DNA from: Nannocystis bainbridge
Lineage (GTDB): Bacteria; Myxococcota_A; Polyangia; Nannocystales; Nannocystaceae
Direction: 5' to 3'
DNA length: 64,000 nucleotides
NCBI RefSeq assembly: GCF_028368995.1
Contig: NZ_JAQNDL010000001.1
Coordinates: 1,056,001 to 1,120,000 of the forward strand
Below, one piece after another: positions 32,430 through 42,839 of this stretch (positions are counted from its first letter, which is position 1; every line of letters begins with the position of its first letter). Below the pieces are notes generated by a model. That model saw only the letters and a program-made list of their open reading frames with translations, had not been told where the DNA came from and did no database searches. Made by a program: the position numbers and the translations under genes.

Positions 32430-32642
32430 GGGCAGCTCCTCGCCGCGCGCCGTCACTCGCGGGGCCCGCTCGTCGGCCTCGATCTTCTGCAGCGCCGCTG
32501 CCATCGCGTCGCGCAGCCCGGCCGCCGCGGCCGGACGCATGCGCACCGTGACCGACCCGACGCTCACGTGCAGCATCCCGCACGTGCACTGCTGCACGGT
32601 GCATTGTTCGTTTTGCGCGACTGTTCGGGTGCGGTGCTCCAT
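32424..32642 (-). CDS. Small Cys/His-containing hypothetical protein
   Basis: MEHRTRTVAQNEQCTVQQCTCGMLHVSVG, 72 aa; GGA-containing upstream sequence. Confidence 0.65.
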   Translation of the reverse strand: MEHRTRTVAQNEQCTVQQCTCGMLHVSVGSVTVRMRPAAAAGLRDAMAAALQKIEADERAPRVTARGEELPS

Positions 32643-33051
32643 AGCTACGTATCCTGCCACAGGCGGCCGCTCCCTGCACGCGCTTCCAGTTCGCTGCACC
32701 GCGAAAACTCCGGCTCGGGCGGCCCGGTCTCACTGGACGTCGATATGCACAAGTCCTTTGGGACCTGTCCTCCGGGCCAGCCTCTGACGCCACCGACCGC
32801 CGCGCCACGATGATGACCGGCGCGCCACCGAGCCGCGCGCGCCCACGTGCGCCGCGGCTCGTCCCCTAACCTATTTCGTCCCGCTGACCGAGTACGCGCC
32901 CAGGGCGTGCCTCGCCGCGACGGCCGCGCCCGTCTGCGAGCGCGGCCCTCGTCCGTCCCCATCGCCGGGCCGCTCGTGCGGTCCGCCCCTCTACCCAGCT
33001 CGATCGCGCCGCGCGAGCCGCTGCTCGCGCGACGTCACGGAGACCCGCGTC

Positions 33052-33324
33052 ATGTCCAAGATCTTCTCAGCCCTGCTCATCGCCCTCTCCCTCACCGCCA
33101 CCGTCGCCTGCGACGACCCCGACAGCGACAAGAAGGTCGACGACACCGGCGACGACTCGACCGGCGGCGAGGACGACAGCACCACCAGCGGCGGCACCGC
33201 GGAGGTCGAGACCACCGCCCCCGCCACCACCGAGGAGGAGGAGAAGCCCGGCTGTTTCAACGGCAACCTCCTCCAGCTCCCGCCGACCGGCGGCCCCAAC
33301 GGCACGCTCGGCGACAACTGCTGA
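33052..33324 (+). CDS. Small acidic lipoprotein
   Basis: MSKIFSALLIALSLTATVAC signal and lipobox; GGAG upstream. Confidence 0.8.
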   Translation: MSKIFSALLIALSLTATVACDDPDSDKKVDDTGDDSTGGEDDSTTSGGTAEVETTAPATTEEEEKPGCFNGNLLQLPPTGGPNGTLGDNC

Positions 33325-33327
33325 ACA

Positions 33328-33490
33328 TGACCCTCTAGACATGGCTAAACGGCCATGTCTCTTCAGACATTCAAAGCGCGAAAGACATCTCGTTCCACTC
33401 GGCACCGAGGCACTCTGCCTCGGAATGGCCGGGAAACGCTCGCTCGCGGTCCGCCAAAAACATGTCTCTTCAGACATGTACCTCGAGCCA
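33328..33490. repeat. Two 14-bp sub-arrays flanking a hairpin, between convergent genes
   Basis: Identical TGTCTCTTCAGACA at 33356 and 33463; CCGAGGCA-CTC-TGCCTCGG hairpin at 33405-33423. Confidence 0.85.
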
Positions 33491-33525
33491 TATCATCGAC
33501 GCCGAGTGTGTCGGCGACGCCGTGG

Positions 33526-34773
33526 TCAGCGCGAGCCGTCCCCCGAGAGCCCGGCGTCCACCGCCGCGAGCGCGGGGTGTTCCCGGAGCTGGCGCCTCGT
33601 CGCCCGCGACCGCTCGCAGAGCAGCTCCGCCAGCCCCTCGCGGAGCCGCACCGCGTGGCCGTGCTCAGGGATGGTGAGGTCGTGCGGATCGATCCTCGCG
33701 AGCAAGCGGCGCAGCCGGTCCGGCGCCAGCGGCAGGAGGCGGCCCAGGTCGATCCGCTCGCCGAGCACATCCTCGACGTAGGGGCGCTGGCACAGCCAGA
33801 TCGGCAGGAGCTCGTCGTCGGTCAGCGGCGGCATCGGCACGACCCGCCAGCGCGCGAGGTCCGGCGCCACCTCGCGCAGCCGTGCCCACGCTGCCCCGGT
33901 CGTGACGAGGATCAGCTGGAACGCGGCGTCCGGATCGAGGGCCATCTCCGCGGCGTAGCGCAGCAGCTGCGGGTCGTCCGGCACACGGGTCCACGCGCAC
34001 ACGAGGCCCGGCGCGATCGAGGCGGGCACGGCGTCGGGTCGGGCGCGGTACCGCAGATCGGGCAAGCCCCCGCCGTGCCAGTTGTCGACGTTCACCCCGC
34101 GCGTCTGCGGCGCGAGGCGGCGAAGCTGCCGGATCAGCGCGCGTCGCCCCGAACACGCCTCGCCGATGATGGCGAACCCCGGCCCGTCGACGAGGCGCTC
34201 GCGCCAGACGGCGTCCGGCTCCCGCTCGAGCCAGGCCGGCTCCACGGCGACCCCGACGTGCCCCCGCGCGCCGAGTTGGTCGAACAGCGCGCAGTACGTC
34301 TCACGGGCCGTCATCAATCCCTCGGCGCACCGCGGGTCGAGGGCCGACAGCGTCCATAGCGTGCGGTCCGGCAGGCTGCGCAGCAGCACCCCGGCATCCA
34401 CAGACGCGCCGGCCGCCTCGTGGGCCGCCCAGCGACGCCCCCAGCTGTAAGTCAGCGGCAGGTCGCTCGCCCCGGCGATCCTCTGGCGCCAGATCGCGTG
34501 AGCGCGGTCCAGGGGCGCACCCGAGACGGTCGGACCGAGCAGCTCGGGGTGCAACGCGACGATCGCACGCGCAAGGTCACCGGGCTCGATGGCTCCCGCC
34601 TCGGGGTGCGGCCCGCCGTACGGCGCAGCGGCGAGCGCCTCCTCCTGCGCCACCCGCCAGCCCGCGAGCGACCCCGCAGCGTCCCACAGCCGGCGCGCGT
34701 CCAGGTCACAGCGCGCCCGAATCTCCGAGACGGTGGGGGACGCGACGCCGAATGCGGGGTGGCGGACATGCAT
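33526..34773 (-). CDS. Hypothetical protein with a degenerate Clp-type AAA+ segment
   Basis: IIGEACSGRR (Walker A-like, no Lys) and LILVTT..W.RL...PDLARWRVVPMPPL. Confidence 0.55.
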   Translation of the reverse strand: MHVRHPAFGVASPTVSEIRARCDLDARRLWDAAGSLAGWRVAQEEALAAAPYGGPHPEAGAIEPGDLARAIVALHPELLGPTVSGAPLDRAHAIWRQRIAGASDLPLTYSWGRRWAAHEAAGASVDAGVLLRSLPDRTLWTLSALDPRCAEGLMTARETYCALFDQLGARGHVGVAVEPAWLEREPDAVWRERLVDGPGFAIIGEACSGRRALIRQLRRLAPQTRGVNVDNWHGGGLPDLRYRARPDAVPASIAPGLVCAWTRVPDDPQLLRYAAEMALDPDAAFQLILVTTGAAWARLREVAPDLARWRVVPMPPLTDDELLPIWLCQRPYVEDVLGERIDLGRLLPLAPDRLRRLLARIDPHDLTIPEHGHAVRLREGLAELLCERSRATRRQLREHPALAAVDAGLSGDGSR

Positions 34774-34871
34774 CGCCGGTCTCTATACCCGGCTCACAGC
34801 AAAGACGGGGGCGGATCCTTCGCCTCGCTCCGCCCGACGTGCTCGACAGCGCCCGTCGAGTCGTCGACACA

Positions 34872-34913
34872 TGGCGATTTGAACATGACCCTTCGGACAT
34901 GCCCTTCGAGGCA
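34872..34913. repeat. 14-bp unit array (3 units) right after the MFP stop codon
   Basis: tggcgatttgaaca|tgacccttcggaca|tgcccttcgaggca. Confidence 0.82.
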
Positions 34914-34915
34914 TC

Positions 34916-36055
34916 TCACCCGACCGTCGGCACGACCTCGACGGCTTGCCCGCTCTCGAGCGTATCGGGCGGCTGCAGCACCACCTCGTCGCCCGCGGCC
35001 ACGCCTTCGAGCACCTCGATCTCCTTGCCGAAATCGCGGCCCAGCTTCACTGGCACCAGCGTCACTGCGCCTTCGGCCACCTTCGCCACCAGCGTCCCCT
35101 CCTTGCGGACCACCAGCGCGCTCGCCGGGATCGTCGGCACCGGTCGCGCGCGCGGCACCTGCAGGCGCGCGTACACGAACGAGCCTGGCAGCACCGCCTC
35201 GTCGCCGGGCACCTCGATCTCCACGCGCAGCGTCCGCGTCCGCGTCTCGAGCACCCCGCTCGTGCGCGTCACCACCCCTTTCACCGTGCGGGCCGGGTCG
35301 CGCGGCGAGAACAGCTCCGCCGGGTTCCCGATCCTCACATCGGCCGCGTGGCTGTCGGGCACATCGACCAGCACCCGCAGCTTCGAAACATCGGCCAGCT
35401 CGTACAGCGGCGCCCCGCCGGCCGCTGCCGGTCCTACCAGCGCCCCCGAGTCGACCAGGCGTCGCGTCACCACCCCGTCGAACGGCGCCACGATCTGCTG
35501 GTACCCGCGCAGCGCCTGCAACCGCTTCAGGTCCGCCTTGCGCGTCGCCACCAGCGCGTCCGCCGAGTTCGCCAGCGCCAGCGCGTCGTCCGCTTCTTGC
35601 CGCGACACCGCCCCGCTGCCTGCCAGCGTGCGCGTGCGGTCCGACGTCGTCTGGTGGATCCCCACGTTCGCGCGCGCCTCCGTCAGCCGCGCGCGGGCCA
35701 GCCGGATCTCCTCGTCCGTCTCCGGCGCCTCGATCTCCGCCAGCACCTGCCCGGCCTTCACCGAGTCCCCGAGCTCCACCAGGTAGCGGCGCACGAACCC
35801 CGTCGACTTGCTGTAGAGCGTCGACTGCCGGATCGGCGTCGAGCTCGCCGGCAGCGTCAGCTCGTGCGCCTCGTCGCCGGCGCGGACCGACGCCACGCGG
35901 ACTCGCTTCGGCCCGGTCGCCTGGGCCAGCGTCTGCGCTCGCGCGTCGCGCTGCTCGAGCCGCGGCCCGACGCCGACCACCACCGCGCCGGCCAGCACCG
36001 CCGCGATCATCGCCATTACCGGCCACCCTGGCCTGCCAGACTGCAACGTCGTCAT
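34916..36055 (-). CDS. RND efflux periplasmic adaptor (MFP)
   Basis: GDSVKAGQVLAEI, IVAPFDGVVTRR and LPGSFV; ATGA overlap with the upstream permease. Confidence 0.93.
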   Translation of the reverse strand: MTTLQSGRPGWPVMAMIAAVLAGAVVVGVGPRLEQRDARAQTLAQATGPKRVRVASVRAGDEAHELTLPASSTPIRQSTLYSKSTGFVRRYLVELGDSVKAGQVLAEIEAPETDEEIRLARARLTEARANVGIHQTTSDRTRTLAGSGAVSRQEADDALALANSADALVATRKADLKRLQALRGYQQIVAPFDGVVTRRLVDSGALVGPAAAGGAPLYELADVSKLRVLVDVPDSHAADVRIGNPAELFSPRDPARTVKGVVTRTSGVLETRTRTLRVEIEVPGDEAVLPGSFVYARLQVPRARPVPTIPASALVVRKEGTLVAKVAEGAVTLVPVKLGRDFGKEIEVLEGVAAGDEVVLQPPDTLESGQAVEVVPTVG

Positions 36056-39000
36056 GCGTTCTCCTCCGCCTGCAAATCACCCGGCTCGACCAGGTCGGGG
36101 TCGAGCGCCGGCGCGCGCCAGCGCTTCGCCAGCACGCTGTAGACCACCGGCACGAAGCCCAGCGTCGCCAGCGTCGCCCCGGCCAGCCCGCCCATCACTG
36201 CGCGGCCGAGCGCCGCGTTTTGTTCGCCGCCTTCGCCGAGCCCGAGCGACATCGGCAGCATGCCGATGAACATCGCCGCCGCCGTCATCAGCACCGGGCG
36301 CAGGCGCACGCTGCCGGCCGTCAGCGCCGCCTCGGCCGCCGACATGCCTTGCGGCCGCAGCTCGTTGGCGAACGACACCACCAGGATCGAGTTGGCCGTG
36401 GCCACGCCGATGCTCATCACCGCGCCCATCAGCGACGGGATGCTGAAGGTCGTCCCGGTCGCGAACAGCGTGAACACGATCCCGACCGCCGCCCCCGGCA
36501 GCGCCATCAGGATGATGAACGGCAGCTTCCACGACTGGAAGTTGATCACCATCAGCGCGTAGACCAGCAGCGCCGCGAACCCGAGCCCGACCCCGAGGCG
36601 GGCGAACCCGACCTGCATGCTCTCGGCCTGGCCGCGCACCGTGATCGTCGCCCCCGGCGGCAGCGCCTCGCGGTGGCGCTGCACGATCGCCTCGAGCTGC
36701 GCCACCGCCGACCCGAGGTCCGAGTCCTGCACGTCCGCGCGCACGTTGTAGGTCGGCTGCACGTTCATGTGGCTGACGAACACCGGCGTGGTCGCGCGGC
36801 GGAACTCGGCCACGTCGACCAGCAGCTTCTGCTCGCCCGCCGCCGTCGGCAGCGACAGCCCCTGCAGCGCCGCCAGCGAGTCGACCCGGTGCTCCGGCAC
36901 CTGGATCGCCACCGGATAGGCGAAGTTCGACTTTGGGTCGGTCCAGAACGTCGGGCTCACCTGCGTCGACGACGACACCATCAGCAGCAAGTTGGCGGCC
37001 ACGTCGCGCTCGCTGAGCCCGGCCTCGTGCGCTCGCTGGCGGTCGACCTCCACGTGCAGCCGCGGCGCCGCCACGATCTGGTGCAGGTGCACGTCGACCA
37101 CCCCCGGCACCGCGCGCAGCTCCGCCTCGAGCGAGCGCGCGGCCGCCAGCGTCGCGTCGCGCTGGGCCCCCGAGATCTGGACGTCGATCGGCGACGGCAG
37201 GCCGAAGTTCAGGATCTGCGTGACTATGTCGGCCGGCTGGAAATAGAACGACAGCTCGGGGAATTCGCGCGGCAGCTGCTCGCGCAGCGCGCGGACGATG
37301 TCGGCGGTCTTCAGCGTGCGGTCGTGGGCCAGCGTCACCAGGATCTCGCCGTCGGACGAGCCGACGTTGCTGCTGTCGGTGATCGCCAGCGTGTAGCCGC
37401 TCGGCATGCCGATGAAGTCGAGGATGCTCTCGCGCTGGTCGGCCGGCACCAGCTCGCGGATGCGGTCCTCGACCCGCGAGAACCACCGCTCGGTCTCCTC
37501 GATGCGCGTCCCCGGCGGGGCCGTCACGTGCAGGCGCACCTGGCCCGCGTCGACCTGCGGGAAGAAATCGCGGCCGACGAACGGCGCCAGCGCCACCGTC
37601 GCCGCCACCACCAGCGCGAACAGCCCCGCGATCGTGCGCGGGCGGCCGAGCGCCCACGCCAGCAGCCCGACGTAGCGGGCCCGCAGCGCCTCGAAGCCGG
37701 CCTCGAAGCCGTGGTGGACGCGCGCGAACAGCCCGCGCCCGGGCGCGTGGTCGTCGTGCTCGGCCAGCAGGTGCTGCGCCAGCGTCGGCACCAGCGTGCG
37801 CGACAGCAGGTACGACGCCATCACCGCGAACGCCACCGCCATGCCCATCGGCAGGAAGATGAAGCGGGCCGGGCCCTCGAGGAACACCACCGACACGAAC
37901 ACGATGCTGATGCACAGCGACGCCACGAACGCCGGCACCGCGATCTGCTGCGCCCCGTCGAGGATCGCCCGCGTCAGCCGCTTGCCCATCGCCAGGTTGC
38001 GGTGGATGTTCTCGATCTCGACCGTCGCGTCGTCGACCAGGATCCCGACCGCCAGCGCCAGCCCGCCGAGCGTCATCACGTTGATCGTCATGCCCAGCGC
38101 CCGCAGGCACAGCAGCGAGATGATCACCGCCAGCGGGATGTTGATCGCCACCAGGATCGTCGCGCGCACGCTGCCGAGGAACAGCAGGATCATCGCCGCC
38201 GTCAGCACCATGGCGATCACGCCCTCGACCAGCAGCCCGTCGATCGCCCGCGTCACGAACGTCGACTGGTCGGACAGCAGCTCGACCTCGAGGCCCTCCG
38301 GCGCGGCCGCGCGGATCGTCGGCACCAGCGCCTTGACGCGCTCGGCCACCTCCGTGGTCGACGCGTCGCCCGTCTTCATCACGCTGAGGACCACCGAGCG
38401 GCGGCCGTCGCGGCGGGCGATGTTGGTCTGGACCGCGTAGCCGTCGTGCACGTGGGCGACGTCGCGGACGAACAGCTGCCGGCCGGCCGCGCCGGTCAGC
38501 GGGATCTCGTTGAGCGCCGCGATCGCCTCGGGGCTGCTGTTGAGGCTGATGCGGTACTCGCGTTCGGCGATCTTGGCCGCACCTGTCGGAAGGGTCAGGT
38601 TCTGCGCCGCGATCGTCTGGCTGACCTCCGCCGGCGACACGCCGTGGGCGCGCAGGGCCGCGGGGTCGAGGTCGACCGTGATCTGGCGCAGCTTGCCGCC
38701 CGCGGGCAGCGGGAAGCGAGTGCCGCGGACCACGCTGAGCATCGTCCGCACCCGCTGGTTGACGTGATCGAAGATCTCGGCCTCCGACAGCGTGTCGCTC
38801 GAGAACGCCAGCTGCAGGATCGGCACGCTCGAGGCCGTGTAGCGGAGGATGATCGGCGGCACGATGCCGGGCGGCATGCGGCGCACGATCGTCTGCGACG
38901 CCGCGGTCGCCTGCGCCATCGCCGACGCCACGTCGGCGCCCGGCTGCAGGAACAGCCGGATCACCGACACCCCGTCGAAGCTGTCGCTCTGGATGCTCTG

Positions 39001-39234
39001 GATGTCGGCGACGTTGCCCGCCAGCGACTGCTCGCTGAACAGCGTGACCTGCTGCTCGATCTGCTGCGCCGGCAGGCCGGTGTACGTCCACACCACGCTG
39101 ATCACCGGGATGTCGACATCGGGCAGCACGTCGGTGGGCGTCTGCCGGACCACCCAGATGCCCGACAGCAGCAGCAGCAGGGCCATCACCACGAACGTGT
39201 ACGGGCGGCGCAGCGCGAGACGGACGATCCACAT
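36052..39234 (-). CDS. RND efflux permease (AcrB/CusA superfamily)
   Basis: 1060 aa; INVMTLGGLALAVGILVDDATVEIENI and RLRPVLMT. Confidence 0.96.
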   Translation of the reverse strand: MWIVRLALRRPYTFVVMALLLLLSGIWVVRQTPTDVLPDVDIPVISVVWTYTGLPAQQIEQQVTLFSEQSLAGNVADIQSIQSDSFDGVSVIRLFLQPGADVASAMAQATAASQTIVRRMPPGIVPPIILRYTASSVPILQLAFSSDTLSEAEIFDHVNQRVRTMLSVVRGTRFPLPAGGKLRQITVDLDPAALRAHGVSPAEVSQTIAAQNLTLPTGAAKIAEREYRISLNSSPEAIAALNEIPLTGAAGRQLFVRDVAHVHDGYAVQTNIARRDGRRSVVLSVMKTGDASTTEVAERVKALVPTIRAAAPEGLEVELLSDQSTFVTRAIDGLLVEGVIAMVLTAAMILLFLGSVRATILVAINIPLAVIISLLCLRALGMTINVMTLGGLALAVGILVDDATVEIENIHRNLAMGKRLTRAILDGAQQIAVPAFVASLCISIVFVSVVFLEGPARFIFLPMGMAVAFAVMASYLLSRTLVPTLAQHLLAEHDDHAPGRGLFARVHHGFEAGFEALRARYVGLLAWALGRPRTIAGLFALVVAATVALAPFVGRDFFPQVDAGQVRLHVTAPPGTRIEETERWFSRVEDRIRELVPADQRESILDFIGMPSGYTLAITDSSNVGSSDGEILVTLAHDRTLKTADIVRALREQLPREFPELSFYFQPADIVTQILNFGLPSPIDVQISGAQRDATLAAARSLEAELRAVPGVVDVHLHQIVAAPRLHVEVDRQRAHEAGLSERDVAANLLLMVSSSTQVSPTFWTDPKSNFAYPVAIQVPEHRVDSLAALQGLSLPTAAGEQKLLVDVAEFRRATTPVFVSHMNVQPTYNVRADVQDSDLGSAVAQLEAIVQRHREALPPGATITVRGQAESMQVGFARLGVGLGFAALLVYALMVINFQSWKLPFIILMALPGAAVGIVFTLFATGTTFSIPSLMGAVMSIGVATANSILVVSFANELRPQGMSAAEAALTAGSVRLRPVLMTAAAMFIGMLPMSLGLGEGGEQNAALGRAVMGGLAGATLATLGFVPVVYSVLAKRWRAPALDPDLVEPGDLQAEENA

Positions 39235-39279
39235 GAGCGATTACCGGGCTGAGCAGGGGTGGGAGGGAGTCGGAGGAGA

Positions 39280-39293
39280 TGACTGTTTAGTCA
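39280..39293. promoter_or_regulatory. Candidate TetR operator overlapping a TTGACT -35-like box
   Basis: TGACT-GTTT-AGTCA palindrome about 45 bp upstream of the RND start. Confidence 0.45.
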
Positions 39294-39339
39294 AGTTCGA
39301 GAGCGCAAAAACGCGCGTCGGATCGCGCCCGACACGAGC

Positions 39340-39951
39340 TCAGGCCGCTGACTCGGGCGGGCCCGCCATGCCGAGCGCCAGCCAGCCGGTGCGGGGCACC
39401 TGGCGCAGCAGCTCGAGGTCGTCGTGGACGCGGGCCTGGGTCAGCGCCCCGGTCACGAACGCGAACAGGCTCTTGGCCGACGCCACCGGGTCGCTCGCGG
39501 GCAGCGAGCCCTCGGCCTGGGCGTCGCGCAGCGCCGTCTCGAGGTAGCGCCGCAGCGCCAGGCTCAGCTCCTGCGCCTTGGCGGCCACGGCCGTCGGCTT
39601 CTGCAGGCACTCGCTGCCGATCGCGTGGTGGAAGCAGCCCAGGACCCGCCCGTACCGCTCGCGGACCTCGCCCTGGCGCTCGCCGAGGTGGGCGAAGTAC
39701 CGCTGCAGCCGCTGCAGCGGCGGGCGCGAGGCCGAGAAGATCTCGTCGAGCACGGGCCGGCGGGTGCTCCAGTGGGTGTCCAGGGCCGTCACCACCAGGT
39801 CGTCCTTGCTGGCGAAGAAGTGGTAGAAGCTGCCCTTGCGCACCTGCGCGCGCTCGCAGATGGCGTCGACGCTGACGGCCCCGTAGCTGGAGGTCCAGAT
39901 CAGGTCGATGGCCGCCTGGATCAGACGGTCGCGCGCGTCGCCTCGGCTCAC
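39340..39951 (-). CDS. TetR family regulator (NemR-like)
   Basis: YGAVSVDAICERAQVRKGSFYHFFASKDDL HTH; GC motif in the C-domain. GTG start inferred. Confidence 0.92.
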   Translation of the reverse strand: MSRGDARDRLIQAAIDLIWTSSYGAVSVDAICERAQVRKGSFYHFFASKDDLVVTALDTHWSTRRPVLDEIFSASRPPLQRLQRYFAHLGERQGEVRERYGRVLGCFHHAIGSECLQKPTAVAAKAQELSLALRRYLETALRDAQAEGSLPASDPVASAKSLFAFVTGALTQARVHDDLELLRQVPRTGWLALGMAGPPESAA

Positions 39952-40304
39952 GGGCTCGGTTCTACTTGACCGATCGTCTCGGCGCAACAGCGCGCTTTAC
40001 GCAGGACGATACGCTTCGCTGCTTCGCGGAGACGTCTGCGCTGGCGAACTCGAGCCCGCCCGCTCGAAGCCGATGCGTCGCGCTCGTTGTCAGTCGTCCA
40101 CGCTCACGAACTCGCAAGCACGCATCGACGATGCCCGCTCGCAGCGAGCCCGACCGACGGCCGCTCGTTGCCGCGAACGCTCGCGTCCGCGTGCGCCGTC
40201 GAGCCCCGTTCGCTGCATCTGCCCGCGCGAACTCTCGTATGCGATCCTTCGACATGTCCTCGAGGACAGCCTGAGCGCTCGCGCCCTCGGCTACCCTGGC
40301 AGCC

Positions 40305-41346
40305 ATGCAACTTCGCTTTCGTTTAGTCGCCGCTCCGCTCGCGCTGCTCGCCGCTTGCACCGAGGATCCCGGCACCACGACCGCCCTCACGCCCCCCTTC
40401 ATGTCCGCGCCCGGCGACCCGACCGGCGACCCGACCGGCAGCGAGACCGACGGTCCGACCACCGCCGGGCCCGGCGGCGATCCGACCACCGATGGCACGA
40501 CCACCGCCGGCACGACCACCGAGAGCACGACCACCGAAACGACCACCACCACCGGCCCCGATCCCGGCCCGCTGGTCGAGCCGGGCGACCCCGGCCGCGG
40601 CGACGTCACGTTCACGATCCGCGCCGACACCGATCGTCACCCGATCTCGCCGTGGATCTACGGCACCAATCAATACGACGACCTCGCCACCACCAACCGC
40701 GGCCTCGGCCTGGTGCGCCAGGGCGGCAATCGTATGACCGCGTACAACTGGGAGAACAACGCCAGCAACGCCGGCGCCGATTACGAGCACCAGAACGACG
40801 ACTACCTCGCCTCGCAGCTCGGCGTCGACGGCGACATCCCCGGCGAGGTCGTGCGGGCCGCCACCGCCGCGGCCCTCGACGCCGGCGCCGACATGCTCGT
40901 CACCGTCCCGATCTGCGGCCACGTCGCCGCCGACAAGGACGGCGGCGGCGACGTCAATCAATCCCCCAACTACCTCGAGACGCGGTTCCACCCGACCATC
41001 GCCCGCAAGGACGGCGCCTTCGACAACGAGCCCGACGCCAGCGACCACGCCGTCTATCAGGACGAGTTCGTCGCCTGGCTGCAGGCCAAATTCCCCGACG
41101 CCTTTTACCCCGAGCGCGCCCGCGTGCTGTTCTCGCTCGACAACGAGCCCGACCTCTGGTCGCACACCCACGAGCGCATCCACCCCGACCCGGTCGGCTA
41201 CGCCGAGCTCGTCGCCAAGAACACCGAGTTCGCGGCCGCGATCAAGGACGTCGCCGCCAACGCGATCGTCGCCGGCTTCGTCTCCTACGGCTTCGGCGGC
41301 TTCACCAGCCTGCAGGACGCCCCCGACGCCCAGGGGGAGTTCCTCT
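40305..41346 (+). pseudogene. Glycoside hydrolase family 44 lipoprotein, 5' part, interrupted by an integrated element
   Basis: PISPWIYGTN, RQGGNRMTAYNWENNASNAG and LDNEPDLW; codon bias collapses after QGEFL and the ORF runs antisense into the integrase. Confidence 0.85.
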
Positions 41347-41382
41347 CCAACTCACGCATGGCCAGCAAACCTGGCCTACGCG

Positions 41383-42786
41383 CTATTTCTTGCGAGGTTT
41401 TGCCAATTTTGCCACCGCGTTGCCAACCACCTGGTTCGCCGCGGTGTCGAGGAGCGCCGCCCCCTTCCGGGACAGCTCCGACTGCTGGGTGTGCAGGTAC
41501 GCCTGCGTGGTCGTGATCCGCGCGTGGCGGGCGACGGCCTGCACGACGTAGACGCTCGCGCCCAGGTTCGCCAGGCGCGTGAGCCCCGTATGACGGAGCA
41601 GGTGAGGGCCGTTCGTGAGCAGGCCAGCGCTACGCTGCGCCTGCTTGAGCATGTACTCGATCGAGCGCGGGTTGTGCGGCGCCCACTCACCGCCGGTGTA
41701 CTGGCTGCGGCGGTAGAGGACCAGCGGGCCGATCGGCTCGCGCTTCTTGTGCTCGACCAGCGCGCGCCGCAGCGCCGCCGTCAGCGCGACCGTCCCGATC
41801 GTGCCCTTCGGCGTCTGCTTGTGCCCGCGGTACACGTTGTGCTGCACCTTGATCGTGCCGACGTTGAGGTCGACGTCGGTCCACTCGAGCGCGCAGATCT
41901 CGGACACGCGCAGGCACGTGTCGAGCGCGAGCAGGATCATCAGCTCGGTCTCCGGCCCGAGCGCGCGCGCGGCCGTGAGGAGCCGGTCGAGCTCGTCGTC
42001 CGAGTACACCGTCTTCGTGTCGATCTTGCTCGTCTTGAGCTTCTCGACCTCGGGCACGACCTCGAGCTTGCGGAGCTTCCGCGCGAAACGGAGGATCTTG
42101 CCCAGCTTCGTCAGGAACATGTTCGCGGTCGAACGGGCGACGCGCTTCAGCAGCGCCGCGCGGAGCTGGGACAGGCGGTCCTCGTCGATCTCCGCGAGCG
42201 GGACATCGCCGAGCAAGGGATGAAAATGGCGGCGGTAGATGACGTCGTAGCTGACTTGCGTGCCCAGCTTCTGCAGCTCCACGTACTCGGGTACGAAGCG
42301 CTGCTCGTAGAAGTCCGCGAACGTCAGTGACGAGCGCGGAGGGCTGGTCTCCTTCGGGGTCTGAGCCGCTTCCGGGCCGCCTCCGCTCACGGCCCCGACA
42401 AGCTCTCGAAGGATCGCCGGCACCTGGCGCTCGCCCCAGAGTCGGGCCTGGCTCTCGTCCAGCCCCGGGGGCGCGACCATGCGCCGGCGGATCTCATCGT
42501 TGTCCTTGCAAGGGTTCATGAAACGGATGTCGATCTGGAAACGGGAGGGGTCGCTGTTGTACGGGCGTGTCTTGATCTTCATGGCCGGGCCTGCCGGCCG
42601 GGCGCAATCCCGCACCCAAGAGAGCACGGCCTCGCGCGTCCACGCAAGCGCTTTCCCGCTCTTGAAGGGTTTCGGGACCTGCCCTCGCAGCGCGCGGCTG
42701 CGTACGGCCTTGGGGCTGATGCCCAAGAGCCGCGCGAAGTCCTCGACCCTCAAGATCAGCGGCAGCTCGGGCGCCGCAGTCAGCAC
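41383..42786 (-). CDS. Tyrosine recombinase/integrase with N-terminal excisionase-like HTH
   Basis: LRVSE (R), TPK (K), HLLRH (HxxR), ARH..TTQAY (H, Y); N-terminal LRVEDFARLLGISPKAVRSR..GQVP. Confidence 0.93.
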   Translation of the reverse strand: MLTAAPELPLILRVEDFARLLGISPKAVRSRALRGQVPKPFKSGKALAWTREAVLSWVRDCARPAGPAMKIKTRPYNSDPSRFQIDIRFMNPCKDNDEIRRRMVAPPGLDESQARLWGERQVPAILRELVGAVSGGGPEAAQTPKETSPPRSSLTFADFYEQRFVPEYVELQKLGTQVSYDVIYRRHFHPLLGDVPLAEIDEDRLSQLRAALLKRVARSTANMFLTKLGKILRFARKLRKLEVVPEVEKLKTSKIDTKTVYSDDELDRLLTAARALGPETELMILLALDTCLRVSEICALEWTDVDLNVGTIKVQHNVYRGHKQTPKGTIGTVALTAALRRALVEHKKREPIGPLVLYRRSQYTGGEWAPHNPRSIEYMLKQAQRSAGLLTNGPHLLRHTGLTRLANLGASVYVVQAVARHARITTTQAYLHTQQSELSRKGAALLDTAANQVVGNAVAKLAKPRKK

Positions 42787-42839
42787 GATCTCTTCGCGCT
42801 GAAGACTCCGCCCGACGCTCTTCTCCGGGCCAGATGGCA

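Noticed and set aside
28228-39252. Very long alternative ORFs (for example 28228-32787 +, 34420-39252 +, 36077-39232 -)
   Set aside because: Shadow frames of GC3-biased real genes; Arg/Ala/Pro-rich with no motifs.
40040-40240. Recurrent CGCTCG / CGAACTCG words, partly 20 bp apart
   Set aside because: Too short and GC-rich to distinguish from chance by eye.
41347-41516. C-terminal tail of track ORF 40305-41516
   Set aside because: Read-through into element DNA antisense to the integrase; not GH44 sequence.
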